Source: Chrysemys picta bellii
Taxonomy: Eukaryota
NCBI RefSeq assembly: GCF_011386835.1
Contig: NC_088810.1
Coordinates: forward strand, 24,180,001 to 24,244,000
DNA: 64,000 nucleotides
Direction of reading: 5' to 3'
Shown here: piece by piece, positions 1 to 12,785 of the stretch
Position numbering within the stretch: position 1 is the stretch's first letter
Layout: every line of letters starts with the position of its first letter
Program-made: the position numbers and the translations under genes
The notes under the pieces: model-generated
Databases searched by the model: none
What the model saw: the letters and a program-made list of their open reading frames with translations, nothing else
What the model was told of the DNA's origin: nothing

Positions 1-885
1 CGGGCAGAGGCGCTGGCAGAGGCACTGGCAGAGGTGTTGGCGTGAGCCAGGCGCTGGTGGGACGGGCGGGCAGAGGCACTGGCAGAGGTGTTGGCGTGAG
101 CCAGGCGCTGGTGGGACGGGCGGGCAGAGGCACTGGCAGAGGCGTCGGCGTGAGCCAGGCGCTGGTGGGACGGGCGGGCAGAGGCGTTGGCAGAGGCGTC
201 GGCGTGAGCCAGGCGCTGGTGGGACGGGCGGGCAGAGGCGTTGGCGTGAGCCAGGCACAGGTGGGACGGGCGGGCAGAGGCGCTGGCAGAGGAGTCGGCG
301 TGAGCCAGGCGCTGGTGGGACGGGCGGGCAGAGGCGCTGGCAGAGGCGTCGGCGTGAGCCAGGCGCTGGTGGGACGGGCGGGCAGAGGCGCTGGCAGAGG
401 CGTCGGCGTGAGCCAGGCGCTGGTGGGACGGGCGGGCAGAGGCACTGGCAGAGGCACTGGCAGAGGTGTTGGCGTGAGCCAGGCGCTGGTGGGACGGGCG
501 GGCAGAGGCGCTGGCAGAGGAGTCGGCGTGAGCCAGGCGCTGGTGGGACGGGCGGGCAGAGGCGCCGGCGTGAGCCAGGCGCTGGTGGGACGGGCGGGCA
601 GAGGCGCCGGCGTGAGCCAGGCGCTGGTGGGACGGGCGGGCAGAGGCGCCGGCAGAGGAGTCGGCGTGAGCCAGGCGCTGGTGGGACGGGCGGGCAGAGG
701 CGCTGGCAGAGGCGTCGGCGTGAGCCAGGCGCTGGTGGGACGGGCGGGCAGAGGCGCTGGCAGAGGCGTCGGCGTGAGCCAGGCGCTGGTGGGACGGGCG
801 GGCAGAGGCGCCGGCAGAGGCATCAGCGTGAACCAGGCACAGGTGGGACGGGCGGGCAGAGGCGCGGGCAGAGGCGTCAGCGTAG
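1..885. repeat. GC-rich minisatellite (~42-66 bp units, core GGCGTGAGCCAGGCGCTGGTGGGACGGGCGGGCAGA) in CRTC2 intron 1; runs off the left edge
   Basis: Tandem units directly visible; explains the repetitive 444-aa ORF 42..1376. Confidence 0.95.
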
Positions 886-3800
886 CCTGGAGAGGAAACC
901 TCTGGCTCCAGCCGCACACGAAGCAGCCGGACTGGCCCACGTCTCCGCTGTCGGCCCTTAGGCTGCGAATGCACCGAGGCGTCCTGGCTCCAGCCGGGGC
1001 GGGGCTGTCGTGGGGACGGGAGACAAGCAGCTCCTTGGGAGCACACGGGCACATTTTAACATCATCTCTAAAGACACCTGGCCCCCAAGCGCCACGGCTC
1101 AGCCACCGCCATGGCACTGCCAGGCTGGGTTCCCACGACGGGCCAGCCACTGGCATTGGCATCCCAGTCACAGGCCCAGCACCGAGCAGCCCCCTTCCCT
1201 GCCTAGGGGGTCAGACACGGGGCTCGGGGCACTGCCCTCCCTCCGGGGGAGGGGACCAGGGCGGGGCTCGGCCGGACCAGGACAGAGTAGGGAGGGGCAG
1301 GGAGCCCCCTACATGGGACCTGGAAGCGTCTCTTCCGGCCCAGGCCTGGCACGGTGCCCACCCCGCTGCCCTCTGAGCCCTTCCTGCTGGGGGCCAGGGC
1401 ACACCTGGCAGGAGAGAGCCAGACTTCCGCCTCCTCCCCGTGACACCACGGGGGGCAGGAAACTCAGCACTGCCACCCGTACGCTGGGCAATGGCCCGGC
1501 TGCCACTTCCACACCAGCTCCAGTGAGTCAGAATCCTGCTGCCAAGCCACAGGCCGACTCCCCGCCCCGCAGGCCCCACGGTTAAAGGTCGGCGCGGCAT
1601 GCAGCTGCTGGGAGAGCTCCGCGGGGGGGTGGGGGGGGCGCTGCCCTGGGAGAGCTCTGCGGGGTGGGGGGGAGCTCCGCGGGGGGGGCGGGGGGAAGCT
1701 CGGGGTGCCCCGGGGAAGGAAGCAGAGCGCAGGCTCCGGGGACGAGGGGAGACAAAGGATCGCTAGGGACTCATCTGCCCTGAGCAGGGTCCCAGATTCC
1801 CAGCCAGGCGGGCACCCAGGGCACCTGTCGAGCTCTGACCAGTGAATCTGGCTCGCCGGCACCCAGGGGCAACGGGGCTCTGGCCACAGGCTGCAGCCAT
1901 GGAGGGGGTCTTAAAGCTGTGACCCACCGGGGGGAGGGAGGGGGGGGCTTCAAGCCGTGCAGCTTCAAGCTGCAGAGCAGGTCTCTGCTCAAGACAGGAC
2001 AAAGCGATGCTCCCATTGGCAATCCCGCTCCCCAGCGACTGGCCCTGCTCCCGAAGGAGAGAGGGGGCAGTAAAGGACAGGCAGGCGAGTTAGCGCTGGC
2101 AGCCTGGTGCCCACAGAGCAGGCACCACAAGGACACAGCCTCTCCTGGCCAGACAGTCCCATAGTCAGGGCAGAAAGGCTGAGACTGCCAAAGCGAAGGG
2201 GGTGTCGATGAAATTCCATCTCAGCCCCACAGAACCAGGAGGCAGAGATTCAACCCTGGCACCACTAAGTGCCCAGCGCCACCAACAAGCGCCACCGTCC
2301 GGGCAGTTTGGTTCCACTGCAGAACCGACCGTCAGCCGCCCAGCCCCTCGCCTGTCTCGCGTCACCCCGCAAAGGCCAATTCTCACCCACGACTCCAATA
2401 GCGAGCGCCTTGGCCATCAGATCTGCCGGGAACAAGGCCGCCCACAGGAGCAGCAGAGACACCGACACCAATCCGATCCCCCTCGAGCCCTGGCTGAAGA
2501 GCTGCGGTGCAGAGCAGCTCAGAAGCCCCCAATCGTAAATTCCTCAGCTTAAAACCAGCAAAATCCTGACCCCAGAAAAAAGGGAGATTTAGTCACCAGC
2601 TGTCTCCGCAGCGCTCCGGGATTAGGGCTCCGAGCCTGCCTGGGTTCAGGGCTCGGGATTTCAGCTCCACGTCCCAACGCCAGGGCCCCTGGCGGGAGAA
2701 AGCCGAGTCAGCCCCGGGGGCCGGGGGAAGCTGCCGTCTGGCTCAGAGCAGGAGTGAAGAATTCCTTCCTGATCCCTCCAGCTGGTCCACTCCCCCCCAA
2801 CACCGGAGCTCCGACTCCCCCGTCTTAGCACAGGGCCACAGCATTAGTCCTGGGTAAGGGACATTTGCTTTGGTAAAGTGCTCTGGCAGAGTCCGTGCCA
2901 TTGACGCAGACACGCCCCCGGGGGACCCTCCGAACTCCAGCGGCAGACCCCGACCAGGCGCTCGGGGGAGGACAGCACCAGCTAGTTTGGAATAAACCAG
3001 CAGCGAAGACAAAGGCCCCGCACAGGGCACTAGCTGACAGCGCCAACAGCACAGCCCCTGAACACGGCCCCAGAGGTGTCTGACGGCTCGTGAGAGGAGC
3101 CAGCTTCCAGCAGCTTGGTCAAGGCCCTGGAGACGGAACTCCCCTCTGCCCCCGCGGGTGGGGGCTCAGGGCGAAGCTGGGGTACGGGAAACTGCCACTC
3201 CACAGAGCACACCTGACCGGGGACCCTGCAGGGGGCGGGACGGGGCTCCCAGGGATCAGGCTCCTACCGTGCAGAGACAGGCAGGACTGGTCCCTACAGC
3301 ACGTGCTCCAGGATAGCATCTCACGCTACGCGGCCAGCCAAGAGCCCCGGCTCCTGCCACGCTCCTTGCCAGTCCTCCGCTAGCGGCTCTCTCCTTGTGC
3401 TGCCCACACGGCCCCTTGGCCTCAGTGGGCGCAGGGCAGCCCTAGGAACGTCGGCACTGCCTGAGCCGCTAGCTCGCCCTGGATCTCTCACACGTTTCCT
3501 GAGCAGCCAGTCCTGGGGCTCACCGGGCAGCACTGCAGGGCATGGGTCGCAGGGAGGGCAGTTCTGCCAGGCCCCCCAGCTCTGCTGTACATTAACCAGC
3601 TGTTTACTGTGCAAACAGGGCCCTGCAGCCTCTCAGCCAGGACCAGGCTCAGCTGGCCCGGCTCTTCGAGACCACGGGGCTGGGAACCCCAGCCAGGCTC
3701 ACATCCCACTCGGTCATTTCTTATCTGTGTGTCTGGGGCAGGGCTCACTTGGCCTGTCAGGGAGCGCTGGGCTCAGCACGCAGAGGGACAAATCGCTACC

Positions 3801-4868
3801 TGGACCCAAGGAGCTGGCTCGGGAACCGCCTTACGCCCCGGGCTCGGAGCAGTGACCCCGGTGACGGACGCCTCCCGAGGCATCTCCTGGCCTGCACTAC
3901 GGCTGCCTCCGGCCCCGGAGGGCTGCAACCCCCTGCGCCAGACCTCCCGAATCCCTGGAGTGCACTCCCAACGCTGCTCCCAGGTGTGATCCCCTCCCTG
4001 CAGCCTCGCTCAAGCCCACGCGCTCCCCATTCACACCAGTTCAACCCCCCCCCCTCCTTTTCAGATCCCACCCACCTCCTAGAGCTGGCTTCCCCACTGC
4101 CTAATGCCAGCCTCTCCCTGTCCCTTCACTGCCACGAATGAGACCCTCTGCAGCTCCCGCCACCTGGAAGGGCCCCCCCGGATCTCTCAGCTCCTGTCTG
4201 TCAAACTGCAGCTGCAAACAGCTGTCCCCATGTGCCTGCCCCCCCCCACACCTCCCCCAGCAGCTCTTCTGGGAAGGAGTCTGGCTGGAGCATGGAGTGG
4301 ATGGTATTCACCAAGGATGCAGCCTGGGACAGTAGAATCGGCGGCTCAGGCAACTGGCTGCTGGGCAAATCCCAGGTTTGGCGATGTTCACCCATCCCCA
4401 TCGCGCGCAAAGAAAAACGGGACCTGTCCCCCTCGCTGCTGGGGGGCTTCTCCTGCCCCCGAGCCAGGTCAGTGGAGACCCAGCGCTGCCCCAAGCATCG
4501 CCCAGCCCCGGGCCTGGGTTTTCTCTTCCCCACTTCCCTGCTCTAGACAAAGCACTGAGTGGGAGGGTCGGTCCCGAGCCTACGGGGAGAGCTGCTCTGG
4601 GGTGGGGGGAGCTCCCCGGTCCCACTTCCCGGATCACCCCCAGGCCGGCCCCTCGTGCTTTACCCAGCCTAGGGATGCCCCGGGTGGGGGACCAGGGCAG
4701 GGCTGCCCGGGGCTCGGCTCGAGCCAGGAGCCGGCGGCGGGGAAACCCTCCGGGCACGAAGCGGCGGCGGGATGGCTCAGTCCGGCGTGTCCCCTGAGCC
4801 CCACGGGCCGCCGCTTGGAGACCCCGGCCCGGCTCGTGGCGCTCCCGGGGGCCGAGCGGCTCGGGCTG

Positions 4869-4963
4869 CAGGCCACGTTCCCGGCCCCACGCGCAGGGAC
4901 AGGCCACGTTCCCGGCCCCACGCGCAGGGACAGGCCACGTTCCCGGCCCCACGCGCAGGGACA
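4869..4963. repeat. 31-bp tandem repeat x3 (CAGGCCACGTTCCCGGCCCCACGCGCAGGGA) in CRTC2 intron 1
   Basis: Copies start at 4869, 4900 and 4931. Confidence 0.9.
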
Positions 4964-5169
4964 GCCCGCGCCGGGCCCCAGCCGCCTCCCCCGGCCCCAC
5001 TCGCCGCCCCCCGACCTGCGGAGCGACCCCGGGGCTCTGCCCGCCGGGCTCGGGCCAGAGCCGAGCCCCGCTCCCGCCCCCCATCCGACCCGCCGCCCGG
5101 TCCGGTCCGCTCCGGTCCCCTGCGCCGGTCCGGTCCCCCGCCCGGTCCGCTCCGGTCCGGCCTGCTCAC

Positions 5170-5334
5170 CCGCGTGGAGCCGATCTCCATCATCACCTCC
5201 TCGAAGGCCGCCGTCTCCTCCGCCTGCCGCTGCTTCTGCAGCGCGATCTTCTCGCTGAACTTGCGGGGGTTGGAGGCGCCGGCGCCGGCCGAGGAGCCCG
5301 GCCCGGGCCCGGCCCCGGAGCCAGACGCCGCCAT
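5170..5334 (-). CDS. CRTC2: CREB-regulated transcription coactivator 2, coding exon 1 (55 aa); the remaining exons lie left of the window
   Basis: [55 protein letters not shown] matches the TORC N-terminal CREB-binding domain, with the CRTC2-type [16 protein letters not shown]. Donor GTGAGC at 5169. Synteny with SLC39A1/CREB3L4. Confidence 0.96.
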
Positions 5335-5620
5335 CTTCCCTGCTCAGGCAGCTCCTGCCGCCGCCTCGCAGGCCGCAGGCCTCCGCCGCACAACACGGAG
5401 GCGCGGGGCATCACGGGAGGCGTAGTTTATTTACCACCTCGCCCGCCGTTCTCCCCCTAGGGGGCCGCCGGCGGAAACGGACTACGGCTCCCAGAGCGCC
5501 TAGCGCGCCGCAGACGGGGACGCCGCCTAGGGCTGCTGGGAGTTGTAGTCCTGCGCAGGGAGGAAGCGCGCACTCTTCAGCGGCTGACGAGGGGCTCGGA
5601 GACTACAGGTCCCGCCCTGC
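5335..5620 (-). promoter_or_regulatory. CRTC2 CpG-island promoter with three ZNF143/THAP11-type (ACTACAnnTCCCA) motifs
   Basis: ACTACGGCTCCCAGA 5481-5495 (+), ACTACAACTCCCAGC 5535-5549 (-), ACTACAGGTCCCGCC 5602-5616 (+); CpG-dense. Confidence 0.7.
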
Positions 5621-8302
5621 ACCGCGCGCCCTATAACTCACGCCCCAAGAATCCATCCCAGGCGGCCTGCACCGCACGGGCCCGCTACGGCCTGGCAGGA
5701 GTGGGGCTGGGAGGGAGGTGGGGGCCGGGGGCTCCTGCTTTTGTTGCGAATAACTGGCTGATACAACAGCAGCGGGGCCAGAGCCCCCTACAGCTGGTGG
5801 AAGCTTGCAGCTGGAATTGCACGGGGCACTAGTGAACCTGGCCTGACTGCCCTTTGCACCACTGCCTAGTGCAAGGAAAGGGAACACTGCACACAGCACT
5901 CGTGAACCGGGCAACTGACTACCCCTTGCCCCATTGCTGAGGCCAGGGGGAACAAACGCTCCCAGGATCCCCGCGCTGCTACTGATTCCCCCCCGCTGCC
6001 GTTCCAAGCACAAAGTGCAGTTCTTTGATCTGCTTCCACTCCTGAAAACACCTCGCACGGCCGACACCTCAGCCAGCATTTTTAAAAATTGCCAAAAGAA
6101 GTTTCAGGAATCAGTTCCCTGCACAATTCTCAGCCCGAGAGGAAAAGGAAGAGAAAAGGCACCACATGAAAGAGTCCAGTCAAGTGACTTCCACAGCCCT
6201 CAGGCAGACTGAACGGCAAAGGCAAGGCGCACACACGCAGAGATTCCCCCGCTCCTCTGTAGCTCTGCTTTGCTCCGTAGGGCCAGGCGTGCGTTATCCG
6301 GCACCAAGCAGGGCCTTGGCCCTAAACCCATTTCAAAGCACTCTACAAACATGCACTGAGAAAACCTCGTCAAACCTGGCTGAGATGGTGAAGAACGGCA
6401 TCCCCTCCTCTCTGTTCTGGCTGGGGCAACAGGCCCAGAGCAGCGAAGGGACTTGCCCCAGGTCTCTTAAGGGGTCTGTGTCAGGACCAGGAGTCCTGGA
6501 GCCGCTGGGCACGTTACAGTAGATAGCGGTTTACAATCCGACCTTGCGGGAAGCAGAGTGAAATTAGCAACTGGGCTTCTTTCCAACTCATTCTGTGATA
6601 CACTTCAACCTAAAAACGGCCCCACAATCAACCTCCCCATCAAACCAAGCTCCGCTTTCCCGCGAGAGACCAGAGCTTTCCCAATGGAAAACAAACTCCA
6701 GAAGCAGCGGGGCTAGCATGCTGCCTCCCTGGCCACCTAGATCCAAGCCGGCAGCCAAGCCGGGTTTGCAGCTGAAAGGCCTGTACAAGTGCTAAGCATG
6801 ACTTGAGAGGGCAGTAAGCCCCGGAGATTTGTTCTAGCCCGGAGGGCTGTGAGCAGGGCTCGTTCAGTACCAGCCAAAAGCATGAAGCACTTCTTGCTCC
6901 ATCCTACTGCAGACAGGCAGGCTGTGGCACGGGGGGCTAGTGGAGGTGGTTGGTAAGTCCCTGCCCTCTGCTAGAATGCGTCACGGGCCTGCTTGGCACT
7001 TCTGTGAATTTCTTCTGCACAGCCAAGGGGCAGAGCCTGCTGCTCTCGCCCAGATAGCTGGGTAAAGCGAGATGCCCCATAGGTTTGGAATTTGGCCCCT
7101 CTCCCCCGTTACAGCTGCACAGCAGGTCAGCTGAGCTGGGAGCGTCTGTGCGAACAGTGCCTAGCTCAGCATGTCTGGGAGCATGGCCCCAGGGTTCTCC
7201 TCCGCACTCCCCTCAGCCAGGTGCGGCCCGAAGCTGGCAGCAGGGAGAGGCAAAGGCCCGAAATCGGGACAGGCACAAAGCATTCCTGCAGACAATGTAA
7301 AAAGCTGGGGGATCCCTTCCCTCAGCGTCAGAGAGTTTCCTGGGTCATTTCTGATGCAAACGTTTTTTAACTGCAGCTGTGAGGGGCCGGAGCCAAAGGC
7401 ACAGAGATCGTAGGTGACGTCGGCACTAACACGAGCGACATTCGGGCCCCTCTGTTACTCCAGAGTCTGGCTTTGTCCTGCTTCGTGAAACTGACCAAGC
7501 GCTGGCCCAGGCTCCCTATGGGCCGGGTACGCCGGGGGAACTGGGTAAACCGATGTGAGGCGACAAGGCAAGGATGGTGCTTTTAAGTCCCGGCACTGGG
7601 CTGAGTGGCTAGCTGTAGACGTAGGTGTGAACGGGGGGGACAGAAGCGGCAGGATTCAAACCCCGTTAGCAGCAGAGGGGCTCACGGCTGGCCCAGAGGG
7701 CTCTGCTCTCACGGACCTGCTCCGGCACTGCCCAGGCAGGAGTTAAAGACGAACACGCTTACGCCAAGGTACTGCCGAGTGCATTAAGGGATTACCGGGG
7801 GATTGCCGAGATTTGTGCAGGAGGATAACAGCAGTGCGAACATGCAGGGACCATGCAGAGCAGCGGCTCCCTCTAGAGGCGACGTGGATGCTCCTGCACG
7901 GATGAGGGCTCTGCTGTGCCCCACCACCACCTCGCTCAGTGGGGCTGACAGAAAGCGGCCTGCCGTCCAGGAGGCCCCCTTGGCTGTGTCAGAGCAAACA
8001 GCGCGCACCAAGCTGGGATGGAGATCGACCTCGCTCAAGCCCGCTGCCCTTGCACCCCGAGGGTCCCGTAATGCGCTCCGAGCTCCAGCTTTGGGCCGAG
8101 CGCACCAGGGCCTTTTCAGGACCCACACGGACATGGCGTGGGCAGCTGGCTAGAGCCACGTAGCTAAGCCCGTCTGTGCACCCCGGACGGACACAGGCCC
8201 AGGCTCTTTAAAAAACAGGAGCCGTCACTGCCCTGGAGATCTGACCTGGGGGGGGGAGGGTTAAAAACACAGCACTCAAGAAGCTACAGAGATTAAAGTC
8301 AT

Positions 8303-8308
8303 TTTATT
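8303..8308 (-). terminator. Probable polyadenylation signal of SLC39A1 (AATAAA)
   Basis: TTTATT on the + strand, ~1.6 kb downstream of the SLC39A1 stop, in an AT-richer patch. Confidence 0.55.
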
Positions 8309-8974
8309 TTTCAAATTCTCAAAGTTTCTCTGTCAGTATTTTAACCAAACAGCTGCGTTTCCACCAGCAAGGCGGGAAGGAGAAACGGGCAGTTAGTAAA
8401 ATAGACTCTCTGTACGTAAAGCGGCTGGGCGTGGCTTTCCTACCACCTCCCAGGCAGCTGGAAAGAGGCTGTTTATAAAAATAGTGTTGTGGGGTTAAGG
8501 CCGTTGGATGGTGTAGCCCAGGAAGCCAGGTCTGCACTGTAGACGCTGGAAGCTCTTCGAGGCAGGCCCATCTTTTTGTTCGGTATCCGCGCAGCTCCTG
8601 GCACCTCGGGGTCTTGGCCCGGCCCAGGGCGACACCAGTGGCTCCATTGGAAGACTCCATGCGGGACGGGGACCACGCTGGATGGCTCTAAGGCACTTTT
8701 ATACCGGTACGAGCAGGGGACTGCCCCGGCACTGCTCCGGTAGGGACATCCCCCCCCAACCACAGGTACAGGAACTGGTACCCTCCAGCGGGTGTGAACC
8801 GGCGCCACGTCACTGATCTCACTGGCTGAGCTAGGCCGCCGGCCCGGTGTGTATAACTAGGCCACAGATTCAGTCTTTACTCTGTATTCCTTAAAAAAAA
8901 AAAAAATTCATCATTCCCAGCTCCTCTTCTCAGCCGTCGCACTGCACCAAGGTTGGGATCACGGTCCCCCAGTT

Positions 8975-9103
8975 ACAGATGGGGAAACTGAGGCACAGAG
9001 GGTGAAGTGATTTGCCCAAGATTGCCCAGGGCACCGCCAGGAACAGACCCCAGGGCTCCTGAGTCCCAGTCCAGTGCTCTAGCCACTAGGACACACTGCC
9101 CTC
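8975..9103 (+). mobile_element. MIR/CORE-SINE-like fragment in the SLC39A1 3'UTR
   Basis: ACAGATGGGGAAACTGAGGCACAGAGGGTGAAGTGATTTGCCCAAG matches the recalled MIR core consensus. Confidence 0.75.
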
Positions 9104-9903
9104 CAATTGGCTGAAAACGGCAGTGGGAGGGGAGCGGAAGGAGGCATTGGCACTGCAGGGCACAGGGCGATAGCCCAGGCCCAACCCGCTACCCAGCCCA
9201 GCAGCATGGAAGACTGCCGGGCAGCCAGCCCCATGCCGCCCTGCACTCTCCTGGTCTGAGGGCTCGGCTAGGAACACGCCGTCCCGGCCTTCCCGGGGAT
9301 GGGGAGGGAAATGCTACCAGCTGGGCAACCGGCCCCTGCCGAGGAGCTGGGGGCAGCGAAGCTACCACAGCCCCCGGTGCCCCCGCAGGCCCCAGCTCAG
9401 CCAAGCATGCGCCCGAGGGCTTTGCGGCTGGGTTACGGGGCAGTGCTCCTATTGAAGCATCCTCTGACTCTCCCCTGGCATGGCCAGGCTGGGGCCCTAG
9501 AGGAGCCATGCCAGGGTGGAGGAAGCTGCCCTGAGCCCCAGGCAGGTTTAGATTCAGGGGGCGCTGGGTCCTGGCAGCAGGCAGGGTGCAGAGGGACCGA
9601 CCAGCACTCTACCAGAGCAGGACCCCCAGCATTTCCTCCAGTGCAGGGCCAGACCCCGCCAGTCCTGAGATCCATCCCACGCTGCTGGCAGCAGGGGCAC
9701 AAGTGCCAGAACTCCTGCCGACAGGGCGGACGTGCTGCTCCTTGGCCGAGGCTGGGGAATCGCTTCTCCGCGGGGCTGCAGCGGGAGGGTTCCCAAGCAC
9801 CAGACCCGGGTCAGAAGGCAGCTGGATCCGCCAGGAACCGCCGCAGGGCTGCATCTGCCCCCACAGTCCTGGTCTGTCCCTGGCAGTGGGGGCCGTGGGC
9901 AGC

Positions 9904-12785
9904 TCAGATCTTGATGAAGAGGATGCTGGTGACCAGGGCGAAGCCGGCGAGGAGCAGGATGACCTTGAGGATCCGCTGCTCGGAGGAGCTGAGCTCGTGC
10001 GGCAGGATCTCCATGAAGGTGATGTAGATGAAGGTGCCGGTGGCCAGTCCCTCCAGCACACTGCGGGAGAGCTGGTGCAGGGCGCCCGAGGTCTCCGTCA
10101 GGGCCACCCCCAGGCCGATCCCCAGCGGGGACATGAGGGCGAAGAGCAGCAGGCAGCCGACCACGGCCCGGGGGCGCAGCCGGCCCTGCAGCAGCTTGAG
10201 CGAGAGGCTGAAGGCGATGACGCACTTGTGGATGAGCAGGGCCAGGCAGATCTCCAGCACCTTGGCGCTGGCCTGCTGCAGCCCCACGGCCAGCCCCTCG
10301 AAGACGGAGTGCAGCGAGAGCGAGAAGACCAGGATGAAGGAGCGGATGGCCGAGTGCGCATTGAAGTCAACGTGCACGTGGGGGCGCTCCTGGGCAGAGC
10401 CCCAGGCGGGACGCAGGGGCCCCTCCTGCCAGTGCTGGGACTGCACGGTGCTGTCCTGGGCCGAGGCCCCCAGCAGAGCCCGCGTCTCCTCTAGGGAGCC
10501 AGACTGGTCCTTGTAGGCCAGCACAATCTGCTCCATCACCAGCACCAGGAAGAAGCCCATGGCCAGGATGAACTCCTGCAGGGGGAACTGGAGCTGCAGA
10601 GGGAAAAGGCAGGTCAATGAGGAGCTCGGCACCTCCCGCTCCTCCCCGGGCCCACAGGGCTGGTGCCAAAGGTCCCCAGGTGCCCCGTCCCCTCGCCCCA
10701 GGGCCTCACCTCCTGCCCGCCTGGGGCGAGAGACGCCCCCGCCGCAGCCATCTTGCTGCTACGCATGCGACGCCCCTCGGGAGGTGGGGGGCAGAGCAGG
10801 GGGCCCCCCATTTCCAGCTCCAGAGGGTTCAGCGCCACCGGTCGCAGGGGACACAATGCGCTGCCCCCACCTGCATGCTGCAGCTCCCCCCGCCACAGCG
10901 AGGGGCCCGGCTGGAGCATGGGGGCCTGCCCCCAGCAGCGAGCGGGGAGTCGGCTTTTCCCTTTGCAGGTTCCTGGGGCCAGAGGGGCATTGCTAGGATT
11001 TTAATCAGACCTCGGCCCAGCCTAGCCCCCGGCTTCCCCCAGACCCCCCCGAGCCAGGCGCCCCAGAACGCCCCCCCAGTGATGCTGAAGCAGAAGGCAT
11101 CACTGCCGAGAAGCTGGGGCCGCGGCTGCCAGGAAGCTGCGTGGGAAGGCCAGGCGGGGGCGGGGGGGGTGCGGGGGGGGGAAGGATCTTCAATGAGGCA
11201 AACGGCTCCAGTGAGTCACCACAAGCCCCTGCCGTGCGATAGGCCAGACTCTGCCCGGCCCAGCACCACCGCCCCCCCAGCCATTGCAGGGACACCGGGT
11301 TTGCAAACAGCAACAGGCCCTGGCCACGGGCAGCCCTGCCCAGCCCCAGAGCCCCCTCCCCACCCCACCCCAGCCAGGAGCTCTGCCTCTCAGCACACAG
11401 AGCATCCCCACTGCCCCCCAGCCATCCCCCATTCCATAGCCCTGAAAATCCCACTTCAGTCAGAGCCTCGGTGCTTCCCGCCAGGGCTCCCCACAAACCA
11501 CCCGCCCCAGGCCTGTGTCCAGAGCCCCACGGCTTCCCCTCAGCCCCCGACCAGACCTGAGCGTGCAGCAGCAGGGGGTCTCCCACAGAGCCCACCAGGG
11601 ATCAGGGCAGCGCCCGGCCCGACGGGGACCCCAGCTCCGGGTGCTTCCTGTTACACAGAGCAGAAGGAGCATTGTGCCCGTCTCATCTGGCCTCCGGCAT
11701 CGCACACACTTACCGTGACTCTCAGGGACGCCAGCGCTTCGTTGATGCTCGCCAGGTAGTCGGGGACCAGATCGAGGAGGCAGGTCGCTAGGAACACGCC
11801 ACCCGCAAAGCAGCTCACCAGGCTCAGGACCTTTCTGCGCGTGTCTGGCAGGGAGGGAGGGAGGGAGACACGAATGACGAGCCCAGGCAGGGAGACGCAC
11901 GGCTCTGCTGCTCTGCCAGGGTGCCAACGTGTCTTGCCAGCCAACTGGGCAGCGAGCTGGGCTCCAAGATGGGACCCCTTCAGGGTCCGATGGAGCCTGC
12001 GGGCGACGAGCAAAGCCACGTGCCGCTCGGCGAGTTACGAATAGACAGTCTGCCCCAAGCACTGCCCGGCCAGTGACGTTTCGGGGGGAGGGGCACAGAC
12101 GCAGCCGGGCGCCTGGAGCCCATCAAACCGAGCCCCCGTCCTGGAACGCCAGTGCATTTCCCCAGCCCCATCTCTCTGCCCTCCGGCCCCAGGTGCCACT
12201 AGCCAGGAGGACACCCAGGCTCCGGCTCAGCGGCAGTGAAATGCTGCAGGGTTCTCAATGCTTCCGGCTGCCAGCGGCGTCCCCCCAAACCTCCCCCCGG
12301 GCAGCGGAGCCGAGGAAGGGGCTAGCAGAGCCCCCGGCGGCAGAACAGCCAGCAGGAGCCTGGCTTTGATCCTGCCTCCACCACTGACCCTGGGTGAATC
12401 GCTCTGGTCTCAGCCGTCCCCCCCACCCCACCCCACCGCGTGCCCTGGGGGTGATTATGCTGCCCCAGACCCTGGGTCTGGCCGCTTAGTCACCAGACAC
12501 TTGGAGCCCGGGGCCAGGGCCGCCTCTTCGCCGTGCTGAGCGGCAGCTGCCCCGGAGCCTGGCGCTCCCCGCAGGCCGGGCCTTACCCAACGAACCGGCC
12601 CCGCTCCCGTGTGGCCGGAAGACGCAGAGTGGAGCTAGGCCGCACAAGATGGTCAGCAGCAGCAGCGTCACCAGGGAGCCCAGCTTCACCTCCAAGCCCG
12701 TGGGGGACCGGAGTGCAGCCATGCTGGAGCCAGGGCTCCAGATCATCTGCTCGGGGTCGGCCCTGGGCCCCGGCCACTCAGCCAT
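9904..12785 (-). CDS. SLC39A1: Zinc transporter ZIP1, 339 aa; complement(join(9904..10593,11714..11844,12587..12785))
   Basis: GLEVKLGSLV..., KVLSLVSCFAGGVFLATCLLDL, LQFPLQEFILAMGFFLVLVMEQ, SLHSVFEGLAVG, HKCVIAFSL and TFIYITFMEILPHEL are ZIP-family motifs. All junctions GT-AG with consistent phases (1, 0). Confidence 0.97.

Noticed and set aside
42-1376. 444-aa ORF
   Set aside because: Translation of a minisatellite; no ATG start context, no domain, antisense to a CRTC2 intron.
1377-4860. Further CRTC2 exons or other genes in the ORF track
   Set aside because: No CRTC2 exon-2 sequence (LQAQK...GGSLPNVNQ) was found; the ORFs are typical stop-poor GC-rich intron artefacts.
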